A stretch of 64,000 bases of DNA from assembly GCA_964384035.1 (NCBI GenBank), contig CAYLIB010000001.1, forward strand, positions 135,636 through 199,635, written 5' to 3'. Position 1 is the first letter of the stretch. Each line of letters starts with the position of its first letter. The DNA comes from an uncultured Candidatus Saccharibacteria bacterium (GTDB lineage Bacteria > Patescibacteriota > Doudnabacteria > UBA920). Under the pieces are notes generated by a model. The model did not search any database. It was not told the origin of the DNA and saw nothing but the letters and a program-made list of their open reading frames with translations. The position numbers were made by a program, and so were the translations under genes. Positions 47,513-56,299 of the stretch are shown in pieces.

Positions 47513-48274
47513 GTTTGTGCTTTTCCATACTAGTTCGAACACCGAAAGTAATGTTTGGTAAATTTCTTTGTTCTCTATAATAACCGCCACATGGTTATTT
47601 TCTTTAAACGTAACAAACGAAACCTTTCCAGAATAAATGTTTACCTCGCTCGCAAAAGGGAATAGACCATACTCCACCCATTTATTCTCTGTAAACTTAT
47701 TAGCCACATAGTTTTTTGTATACGCAACGGCATCCGGATGGTTAAGTACCAATGCCCGCTCGTGAATTCCTAGTTTCAGTCGCTTTGGACCATAATATTT
47801 TTCATTCCATTCGCGCAAGTATTTTAAATAGGTGCTCAAATCGGAAAACGTTGCCAACTTTCCATCTGGGTTGTGTGTTAGCGTATCTTCCAAAACCAAT
47901 TTAACTCCAGCAAGTCCTTCATAAAATCTAACTCCTGGTTTGGCTGCTAAAGTTTGGTACTGGTTACGTAAAGCGGGGAGGTGGGCAAGCAGTTTACTTT
48001 CAGCTTCCGCAAGAGAGTTTTTTTGTTTTGCCACAAATACTTCCAAGCTCTGTGGATCCTTAGCCGCAAACACCGCCCGGTTGTTCGTACCCGCGTACTC
48101 TTCTATAAGCCCCTTACTCTTAAGCGAGTCCAAAGCATAATAGCAACTACCCCGAACAATACTCGTAGCCGAAACAATAGTTTTCATCTGCGAAGGACCA
48201 ATAGAAAGTAGGGTAGTAAGAATCTTACTCTCCCGTTCATTCAGCCCCACAGATTGTAATAACTGCTCGTTCAT
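47510..48274 (-). CDS. TrmB-family winged-HTH transcriptional regulator paralogue (copy 5)
   Basis: N-terminus GLNERESKILTTLLSIGPSQMKTIVSATSIVRGSCYYALDSLKSKGLI. C-terminus LLSVFELVWKS. Confidence 0.65.
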   Translation of the reverse strand: MNEQLLQSVGLNERESKILTTLLSIGPSQMKTIVSATSIVRGSCYYALDSLKSKGLIEEYAGTNNRAVFAAKDPQSLEVFVAKQKNSLAEAESKLLAHLPALRNQYQTLAAKPGVRFYEGLAGVKLVLEDTLTHNPDGKLATFSDLSTYLKYLREWNEKYYGPKRLKLGIHERALVLNHPDAVAYTKNYVANKFTENKWVEYGLFPFASEVNIYSGKVSFVTFKENNHVAVIIENKEIYQTLLSVFELVWKSTN

Positions 48275-48390
48275 AAGCTTATATTAACAAATTTTATCAA
48301 TATTGTCAAAACAATTTTTACACTAAATAACATAAATAAGCAAAAAAACCTCACAAATTCAATAACTTAAATAATTTCGTCAAACTACAA

Positions 48391-48419
48391 TTGACGAAAC
48401 TTCATTTTTCTGGCATAAT
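48391..48419 (+). promoter_or_regulatory. Conserved cassette promoter (copy for 48520)
   Basis: TTGACG, 17 nt, tgg-CATAAT. Followed by a leader (48440-48519) homologous to 61822-61899. Confidence 0.5.
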
Positions 48420-48519
48420 ACTCTTTAAAATCCAAACAAATAAAGACACCAAAGCAATCGCATAGGTGTCTAAGTTCAAAACCCGCGGACTCAGCCGCAA
48501 AAACCACAAGGAGTTCCCA

Positions 48520-49095
48520 ATGAAAGAGAATTTTAATCCAAGTACGCTATTTGTAGAATTGAGAGCGATCGAGCTGATGCTTCAAGGTATGTGTTACGCA
48601 TACACTGAGCCTATATACAAGGCAAGAAAAGAAATAATCGCCCGGTCTGGTCTGGCCGATGGAATTTACGTATTAGCAGGTAGTTCACTCTATAAAAAGG
48701 GAGATGGACGCAAACTCGGGTGGGGGGGCTGGAGTATCTCATCTTTTTTTGCTCCCTTCGGAAACGATAACCTAAGGAGTCATCGTATCGCCAGCAAACA
48801 AATGATGTTCAAAGTCCAAGATGGCGACTGGGACAGCCTGGGACCCCAGACCATGCTGCTCTGTATAGCCACATGGGACAAGGCGGGCGACGAATTCTGG
48901 GAAGGTCGCAACTTCCCAAACGGCTCAAACTACCAAATTTGCAAACTCGAAGGGATTCTGCCCGCTTTAGGCGGCGAAGTGCGAGTGGTTAAGGCCAAAG
49001 GCTCAATCCACTTCAGCACAGAAAGCGATACAGTGGTATACCGGGATTACAATTTCGGTACCCCAAAAGAGGAGGACTGGATTAAGGTCAGTTAG
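48520..49095 (+). CDS. Hypothetical protein; head-to-head cargo of TrmB copy 5
   Basis: RBS aaggag plus ATG at 48520, in frame with the track ORF that starts at 48466. 191 aa. Terminator ggagagaaag / ctttctctcc at about 49108-49143. Confidence 0.5.
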   Translation: MKENFNPSTLFVELRAIELMLQGMCYAYTEPIYKARKEIIARSGLADGIYVLAGSSLYKKGDGRKLGWGGWSISSFFAPFGNDNLRSHRIASKQMMFKVQDGDWDSLGPQTMLLCIATWDKAGDEFWEGRNFPNGSNYQICKLEGILPALGGEVRVVKAKGSIHFSTESDTVVYRDYNFGTPKEEDWIKVS

Positions 49096-49448
49096 AGTTT
49101 ATTTTCTGGAGAGAAAGCCCCGTCTTTCTCTCCACCTTTTTCCAAACCCATAATTCACTTGTGGGTTTAGAAGAAGAAAAAACAAAAACCGCCTTACAGC
49201 GGTTTCTAAAATGGTACTGGAATCCCTAATTTTTCACTCACTTCCCGCATCCACCGAAGCTGAGGTGGGGTCGGTAACAAGCGAGGACATTCGCATGCTG
49301 GGGATGTGCGAGCAGGGGACTTATCGTAAAATTCCTATGGGGTAATGAAAAAGACCCCAACCGGCTGCAAGCAAAAACTTGCAGCCTCTTTTTATTTAAC
49401 TATTTAGTTAAGCTAAAAAGAACAACCTAATACCGTATACTTATATAT

Positions 49449-52400
49449 ATGAGCAGGCGTCCAGAAGAAGTACTTATGTTTGGGGAACAAGAACCTCAAG
49501 TACGAGAATTCAAAGAACCAAAAACACTCGAACAGCAAAAACACGAAGAGCAAATTGCGCTCAATTCTTTTTTGTATGCCGAACCCGCCGAACAGCTAGA
49601 GGTAGACGAAAGCAATCTAGGCTCTTTAATCTCCGAACTCTTAAATTCTCCCTCCGGACAAAGAGCAAAAACAATAATTAACTCTATTGTAGAGTACATA
49701 CAAAGCAGTAAAGAACCGCGCCTGAGAGTTAAACAAGCAGAAAAAGAACTAACGTCGAGTCATATTCACCTAAACATCGAAACACTAACCCTGTTAGGGG
49801 AATTAGATCGGTTTCGGGAAGAGTTCGAAATGGATCCAGAACTCGCCGAAGAGTTAGATTTACAAGATGTACTAGATAATCCCACTAAAGAAAAACTACT
49901 GTACCTTGCAGGAAAAAATGACCGAAAAGGAAATATAGTACTCCATAAAATTCTCGACGCAGCCAAACGCCAGCTCGTTACCCTTCAAAACCTATACGTA
50001 AACCCAAGCACACACGAACCCGAACCCGCAGTCTTTGCTCTTTCCGAGCAAATGCTTGAGTTTGCCCAGGAAGCCAAAGCTGTATGTAAAAACGATCTTC
50101 TGTATAGGCACATATTAGATTACGAAAACACCCGCAGAACAATAGCAACTGGTCTACCCGGTGGCTCCGAAGCAAGTACAGAATATGCATTTGAAAGACT
50201 TATTGAATCTTCAAGCAATCGGCTTGCGTTAGGTCTGTACTCGGAAGAGGGAAGAGATTCGGCCGATGCATGCATTGCGCTAACAGACTCTCTAGTGGGG
50301 GAATATAAGAATGGTAAACTCTTCCGTGTGTACACAAAACCAAGTTCAAACGAAACAGAAACAATTAAAACTGCATGCATTAAGCAAAATCACACAGACG
50401 ATGAATACATTTATGAAGCCCTCCAAAGAGAAATAGACGAATACACCGAACACACCCCGCTTAACTGGAAACTCGAAACTAAACTTCTAATTCATGAATT
50501 CCATAAACATTTAGAGCAGGAAAAACGGACATTTTTCTTCGACCTAAGCAGAATTAACGGCTGGGAAAAGCTCCACCCTGTAGTATTAGACGAAATATTA
50601 GCAACCAACGAGTATGCCGCATTCGCACAAGGTAAGTTGCAGAAAGCAAAACCCGTAAGCAGTGAGGTCTTACAAAATTTACTCGCACCAGCAGGCGCAG
50701 AAAAAGGTGCTGAATACGAATATCAGTACCTCATGAGTCTTGAATACAGAAGTTTTCTGGAAAACTCGCTTGGTATCCCAGTCGAAACATTACCCCCGCA
50801 CGTGCAAGTAGAGTTGCTTCGGGTCAACAACGCGCTTACGAAAGAGAAATTTCACCAAGTCTTAAAAGCCATTAGAGATTCAAAGTTTCCCACAGAACTT
50901 GCTACTGTGTTCTTCTGCGCCCGAGCAGATGAAAGATATATAGACGTAGTCCTAGATATTTTAGAAAAAACAAAATACAAATCTTCCCTCCAAACCACGC
51001 TTTTCGAAGGCTATGCAAACCATGTGGAAGCAGTGCACGGGAAAACGAATGAAGTTCTGCGAGAGCTAGAGCAAAAAGGATTCACATCTCTCTCTTATAC
51101 CGATGTTGCAAAAGCACTACTAGCAGAAAGCGACTTTGCGCTTAAAGACCTCCAGGCAAAACTCGAAGCGCAACCAGATAATGCTAATCAAATAGCACGA
51201 AACTTCCAAAACCTTTTAGGGCAGACGAGCGCAAGCGAACTCTATAAACGTGGCACCTTCGAACAAATTGCTAGAGCTTTCGAAAGTCCAAAAGCAGATA
51301 TCGATCCAGCAGAATGGGCTGCTTCCCAAAAGGTAATCCAACAAGAAATGCTGGAGGGGATAAATAAAGCTCTGTATTTAAGGATGCTGGCAGAAAAAGG
51401 GTTTCTAGCTCCAAAGCCTGCAATATTTTGGGAAATTTCCAGAGGGCTTAAAGAAAGTAATATTCGTTTTGGTGTAGACACAGAAAAGTTTTTAAACAAA
51501 GTAGCAACACGTACCAATGGTGGTGTGCTACTAGAGCTAGGGCCTGGGAGTGGACGAGGCAAAGAAGATCGAGCACACAGCCGGCTTAGTGAATTTCAAG
51601 ACATCGCCATAGGTAATAAAGTCTTTTTCGATCTCGAGCCCATTATTGGATCCTTTTTAGATATAGAAAAACTTGAAGCAGACCTAAACTCGACATTGAA
51701 TGAGGAAGATAGGGCGCTACTTATCGATACGCTCACAAAAGCACTCATGGTCGAGTCAGGTGGGCTTGCCAAAGACCATATTCAGTACGATTCCGAAACA
51801 CTCGAATATCTTGCAAAAGACATAAACACACTTAAAGTAGAATGGGCTAAACATAAAACCAAACTCAAAGGAGTAACCGCCATTCCTAGTAGCGAGGGGG
51901 CAATTGTAGAAGGGGATACAGTACGCTTCCCAAATAAAATCGACATAACCCATCTTGCTGACGCGCTAAATAAAATTGCACAGTCACCGTATCACTATCT
52001 AAATTCACAAACAAAACACCAAGATCTATACACGCACATAAATGCATTCCCAGAAGGTGTCATAATTGGAGACTTCAGCAACTTGAAGCGTTTAAAGAAA
52101 GAAAGCCTGGCCGGAGTTATGGCTATTCGCTCAGATGTCTACATAGAAGGCGCAAATTACGTGGAGCATCTCGCTACGGTCGCCGAAAAACTGCAAGATG
52201 GTGGTGTCTATGTAAGCGACGCCTTCCGCGAACTCTACGGTAAAGGTTACCGCCAGACAGAAATAGAAGCTGTAAAAAAAGTATTACAAGAAAAATTTCC
52301 AAAGGACACGTTCGAATTTTTAATAGTCACCGGCCCTGGTTTCGAAGGCAAAGAAGTAGAAAAAACAATCCCGCTAGCCGTCTACCTAACCAAAAACGCC

Positions 52401-52463
52401 TCCTCTAAAGAAGAAGCTAGGCAAACTCTAGTTTCAGAACGGTACAGTGTGAATGAAATTTAA
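49449..52463 (+). CDS. Giant partner protein (1004 aa), helical with a C-terminal Rossmann/SAM-methyltransferase-like domain; paralogue of 23670..27263
   Basis: LLELGPGSG motif-I-like block and several further collinear blocks shared with the 1197-aa protein. Mid-region AEYEY module shared with the 669-aa protein. Confidence 0.65.
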   Translation: MSRRPEEVLMFGEQEPQVREFKEPKTLEQQKHEEQIALNSFLYAEPAEQLEVDESNLGSLISELLNSPSGQRAKTIINSIVEYIQSSKEPRLRVKQAEKELTSSHIHLNIETLTLLGELDRFREEFEMDPELAEELDLQDVLDNPTKEKLLYLAGKNDRKGNIVLHKILDAAKRQLVTLQNLYVNPSTHEPEPAVFALSEQMLEFAQEAKAVCKNDLLYRHILDYENTRRTIATGLPGGSEASTEYAFERLIESSSNRLALGLYSEEGRDSADACIALTDSLVGEYKNGKLFRVYTKPSSNETETIKTACIKQNHTDDEYIYEALQREIDEYTEHTPLNWKLETKLLIHEFHKHLEQEKRTFFFDLSRINGWEKLHPVVLDEILATNEYAAFAQGKLQKAKPVSSEVLQNLLAPAGAEKGAEYEYQYLMSLEYRSFLENSLGIPVETLPPHVQVELLRVNNALTKEKFHQVLKAIRDSKFPTELATVFFCARADERYIDVVLDILEKTKYKSSLQTTLFEGYANHVEAVHGKTNEVLRELEQKGFTSLSYTDVAKALLAESDFALKDLQAKLEAQPDNANQIARNFQNLLGQTSASELYKRGTFEQIARAFESPKADIDPAEWAASQKVIQQEMLEGINKALYLRMLAEKGFLAPKPAIFWEISRGLKESNIRFGVDTEKFLNKVATRTNGGVLLELGPGSGRGKEDRAHSRLSEFQDIAIGNKVFFDLEPIIGSFLDIEKLEADLNSTLNEEDRALLIDTLTKALMVESGGLAKDHIQYDSETLEYLAKDINTLKVEWAKHKTKLKGVTAIPSSEGAIVEGDTVRFPNKIDITHLADALNKIAQSPYHYLNSQTKHQDLYTHINAFPEGVIIGDFSNLKRLKKESLAGVMAIRSDVYIEGANYVEHLATVAEKLQDGGVYVSDAFRELYGKGYRQTEIEAVKKVLQEKFPKDTFEFLIVTGPGFEGKEVEKTIPLAVYLTKNASSKEEARQTLVSERYSVNEI

Positions 52464-52487
52464 AACTCCCCTTAGGGGAGTTTTTTT
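52462..52487. terminator. Bidirectional terminator between 49449 and 52486
   Basis: Stem ctcccc / ggggag with loop tta, then T7. Confidence 0.55.
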
Positions 52488-53250
52488 AAACAATCATTTT
52501 CCAAAACGTTTCAAATAGTATCCGGTAGTTGTCTGCAATTTCTTGGTTATCTATTAGAATTGCTACCGGATGTTCTTTCTGAAAACTAGTTTGTAGTACG
52601 TACCGGTCAAAAATTTTAATATCCATCCGAAACGGAAATTTCTCTAGTGGTAGTGTCTTAACTTCAAGCAGTAGCTTGGGGTCTGTTTTGTTTACCCTGT
52701 TTACAGCAGGGGAGATAGTGCGCGATTTAATTCCGCGTTTCACCCGCTTTTTTATATAGATATCAACATAGTCTCTAAAGTAAGCATCCATATCGCCTTT
52801 TTCTTCAAAACTCACAACCGTCTTAGCGTTTTCGAGTAAGAACTCATACGCCTGAATTATTCCTTCCTTCCCTTCAAAAAACCTAACCCCTGGACGCCCC
52901 GTGGCTAAATTAAAGTCGATAGTCATTTTCTCAAGAGAGCCAGAAACCGCTTGCTCTGCTACCTTTGCAAGTTCTGCTTTTTTCTCCGCCCATTCCTTCA
53001 GTTTAATTGGATGCGAAGCTTCAAACACCGCCACTTTACCAGGTTCATCTTTTTTAATAACCAGGCCTATCTCTAGTAATCGCTCCAGAATTTTATACAC
53101 CAGTGTTCTTTCTACTGGAATTTTTACACTAATTTTAGAAGCCGGCATCTGTCCATGTATAAGCAGGGCTTCATACACCAAAGCCTGTTCAACGCTAAGT
53201 CCAGAAAGGAGGAGGGTATTATGATGTGAAAAATTTTGAGGAATGTTCAT
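52486..53250 (-). CDS. TrmB-family winged-HTH transcriptional regulator paralogue (copy 6)
   Basis: N-terminus MNIP...LSGLSVEQALVYEALLIHGQMPASKISVKIPVERTLVYKILERLLEIGLV. Closest to copy 1 at 22786. Confidence 0.7.
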   Translation of the reverse strand: MNIPQNFSHHNTLLLSGLSVEQALVYEALLIHGQMPASKISVKIPVERTLVYKILERLLEIGLVIKKDEPGKVAVFEASHPIKLKEWAEKKAELAKVAEQAVSGSLEKMTIDFNLATGRPGVRFFEGKEGIIQAYEFLLENAKTVVSFEEKGDMDAYFRDYVDIYIKKRVKRGIKSRTISPAVNRVNKTDPKLLLEVKTLPLEKFPFRMDIKIFDRYVLQTSFQKEHPVAILIDNQEIADNYRILFETFWKMIV

Positions 53251-53437
53251 GGCTAATATTATTTGTAATTCCCAACTTCATTAGGAATCTTAAGAATTTT
53301 GACCTTTACTACACTAATTATAGCACAATAAAATAATTTTGTGAAGCCATCTTCACAAAATAAGTAAATAAAAATAGGTAGAAAGTACCTATTTTTATTA
53401 TACATACACAAATAAGGCTTAATTATGTGAAATACTA

Positions 53438-53466
53438 TTGACATTTTTCATAAAATACTGTATACT
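53438..53466 (+). promoter_or_regulatory. Conserved cassette promoter (copy B)
   Basis: TTGACA, 17 nt, TATACT. Followed by a leader hairpin and T-run (53519-53577) and a roughly 270-nt GC-rich leader. Confidence 0.5.
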
Positions 53467-53738
53467 GAGTTTTAAACAAATTCTAAAACCAAGTGAGTTT
53501 AGAGAGAGCTCAGTAAGTAAATGGTTTGCCCAGGTTTTCTCTATATATAAGAAATACTGGGCAAGCCATTTTGTTTTAACGCATGGAAGCAAGCGCAGGG
53601 ATTCATTCAAACAAAGCCCGCCACCTTCCTTCCAGCCGCTAAACCAAAACCAATCACTCCCAACGGCACGCGCCCGCGGGAAAAGCCAGAACCTTGGCCA
53701 GCCTGGAAACGGTTCGGCCAAAACCATAAGGAGAAAAA

Positions 53739-54338
53739 ATGAATAAAGACATCGCTTCTATCGAGTTAGATTTTATCGGCACGGTGGAAAAAGTGGCCCT
53801 CAACATTTCGAATACGCTTTCTTTACTTGTGGGGCTGAGTCCCTGGATCAAAAAAGAGAACGTCAATCGCAATGACGGTCCACAGTATTTTTTCCGAAAT
53901 TTACTTCAAGTTGATCTGCATACCATGGTCGTGGTTGCCGACCAGATGCAAGAGTTCCTCGACCCGGAACGCGAGGGAGAAAACAACCTGGAATGGCATA
54001 TCGGCGTAGAGTTCGGTACTGGCAGTGAATTCTACCAGAATCGGAAAATTACGGTCGGTAAGGGGATTAAAATAAAAATTGAAGACCAGACGTTACGTCT
54101 GAGTCTTAAGCCGTCGATAAGCGCCGGAGGCTGCGCAGCCAAGTTGATTCTAGAGTTTCCAGAAGGTCGCGTTACCAGAGAGTTTATCGATGCAATACTC
54201 TGGCAATCTCTTATAGATGTGGGAATTCGAAACGGATTCCAATCATACACTGGGTCTACCTGCGCAACCTGGGGGCCGACGGCCCCTTACTGTGCTGTCG
54301 AGGTACATGAGGTAAAGTGTTACCTCGAACGCGAGTGA
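53739..54338 (+). CDS. Hypothetical protein (high GC); first gene of island 2
   Basis: RBS aaggag. 199 aa. Confidence 0.5.
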   Translation: MNKDIASIELDFIGTVEKVALNISNTLSLLVGLSPWIKKENVNRNDGPQYFFRNLLQVDLHTMVVVADQMQEFLDPEREGENNLEWHIGVEFGTGSEFYQNRKITVGKGIKIKIEDQTLRLSLKPSISAGGCAAKLILEFPEGRVTREFIDAILWQSLIDVGIRNGFQSYTGSTCATWGPTAPYCAVEVHEVKCYLERE

Positions 54339-54715
54339 TATTCCCGACGAAAGAAAGTCCGCCTCAACTTTCTTTCGTCACCTTTTTTAGAACCATCACT
54401 CACAAAGTGGTGTTTCGAAATCAGGTAATTACTAAAGAGGTTTGCATCTTTTCTATTTGCCCTCGTTCTGCGAAGCGAGAGGGGAAACCGGTCTTTCATC
54501 CTTAAGGATGAAGAAAATATTTTCCCTCACCCGCCTCGCAGAACCCTCCACCATGTATTCCTATGTTTTCTAATGTCATTCCGGGCGACTGAAAGGAGAT
54601 CCGGAATCCGTGAGATTAAAAGACTTAGTCGTCCCACCCCACACGAGTGGACACAGGACAAAAGAGCCGCAGAATACCGGCTATGGAGGAATGAAGCGGG
54701 GCAGAAGGAAAAGTA

Positions 54716-55060
54716 ATGAATCAGAGATATTTCAACACTACCCTCGGCCTCTCCATGCTCCCCGACGGCGGAGCAGAGATCAAAACCCTCACCGACGACG
54801 AGGCGAAAGCCTGGTTGGTGGCCGACTTCACCAACGCCGCCAACCCGGCCCATGGCAACACCTTGCAAGCCCTCACCCAAAAACTCGGCGTAGACCTTAC
54901 TCTCGCGGAAGGCACCAAAGCCCCACGTGTGTATCTCGAGCACGGCGACCAGTGCCTCGTCGCTGAAGTCTCGAAAATCCCCCGGGAAACACGAGAGTTC
55001 ACCGATGAGGAGATAGGTGTCGCGACTTTCAGATTTCGATTGGTCACGGTAAGTAGTTAG
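54716..55060 (+). CDS. Hypothetical protein (high GC)
   Basis: 114-aa ORF in island 2. Confidence 0.4.
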   Translation: MNQRYFNTTLGLSMLPDGGAEIKTLTDDEAKAWLVADFTNAANPAHGNTLQALTQKLGVDLTLAEGTKAPRVYLEHGDQCLVAEVSKIPRETREFTDEEIGVATFRFRLVTVSS

Positions 55061-55087
55061 TAGTTAGCTGTTTTCCAAAGGAGGCAA

Positions 55088-55411
55088 ATGAAAGTTTCAA
55101 AAGCGGTGGTTTCTTACTTACTCCGGAGGGCGGAGTATGAATTAGGTTCAGAATTCAGGGAACCGGAAGAGTGGCGTGAGGATGAAATCACGTCAGAAGG
55201 ATTAGAACTTCACTTCGGTTTCCATTTTGGTTCTAACTCATCGGACTGGTGCAGCACGCCAGTCCAAGTTCGTCCTTCTCGCGAAGGCGAGAATCTTCTG
55301 GAGTATAAACAGAAGATAGTAGGAAAGATAGCGGAGGCTATCGCCGAGTTAAATCGGCACATAGACACGCATCTGTCTACATACCCGCATGAACAGAAGG
55401 ACAATGAGTAA
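55088..55411 (+). CDS. Hypothetical protein (high GC)
   Basis: 107-aa ORF with RBS aaggagg. Confidence 0.4.
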   Translation: MKVSKAVVSYLLRRAEYELGSEFREPEEWREDEITSEGLELHFGFHFGSNSSDWCSTPVQVRPSREGENLLEYKQKIVGKIAEAIAELNRHIDTHLSTYPHEQKDNE

Positions 55412-55541
55412 GTTTCGAACGGTGCAGGTTTTTAGATAGGAGAAAAGTTTCCTTTCCTGCACCGAACCTTTTTCGGGGGCGTGATCCAAAGCGGATCGTG
55501 CTTGACCCGAAATTGGCAACTACATTTTAAAGGAGGCAAGA

Positions 55542-56051
55542 ATGAGATTGATAGTAAACTGCGAGATTAGTTTCCGGGGCATTCTATGGAATGCGCCATG
55601 GTACCTAACATTTTTACTCTCAGAAGGGGATAAGAGAAATTATTTGCTATATGACTTGCTTCTCCAAACGGAGAGGGTAGTCATCAGTCAAACAGGGTAT
55701 GACGACGAAATTGGTCGAGGGTATGAACTTGATTTTCTTTCCAAGGAAGGTAATCTTCTGCAAAAAGAATACGGCGCTGCACACAGCGTTAGTCTTGAGG
55801 ATGCGGGGTGCCGAAACCTTTTCTTTTATGAAAACCCAGTGTTTTCTGAAGAGTTCTTGGTAAACCTTGCAAAGCAAGGGAATCAAGTTGCTGAGCATAT
55901 GCTAAGGCGCAGATCGATTCCTCCCGAACTCTGGGAGAAATATCAGTATGTGTTTCCCAGTCCGGAGCTGCTCCCTGCATATACCTGGGAGTATCCAATT
56001 TCAGAGGAGCAAAAGCAAGAAATTAAATTGCTTTTAGAAAACAAGCAATGA
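55542..56051 (+). CDS. Hypothetical protein
   Basis: 169-aa ORF with RBS aaaggagg. Confidence 0.4.
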   Translation: MRLIVNCEISFRGILWNAPWYLTFLLSEGDKRNYLLYDLLLQTERVVISQTGYDDEIGRGYELDFLSKEGNLLQKEYGAAHSVSLEDAGCRNLFFYENPVFSEEFLVNLAKQGNQVAEHMLRRRSIPPELWEKYQYVFPSPELLPAYTWEYPISEEQKQEIKLLLENKQ

Positions 56052-56299
56052 ATTGCTTATAGAAGGAAAACTATAAACCCGCCTGTGATTGCTTGGGTGT
56101 TACATAAGCAGTGCGTAAGTGGGGGACGCGTATAACTCCCACAGCGTGCTAGTTGCATGTCTACTTTAAAAACTCGTCATGTGAACACTGTTCACATGCC
56201 TTCCTCCCAGGTAACAAATATGGTTCTCTCTCCACATTTGTTGCCGGAGAGGAGGGTAATAAAACCCAAACACCAAAGCTTTCTTTCAAAGGAGATCAT

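Noticed and set aside
56153-56299. Upstream extension of the 804-aa ORF (track start 56153)
   Set aside because: A strong RBS (aaaggag) precedes the ATG at 56300. The upstream part is probably leader.
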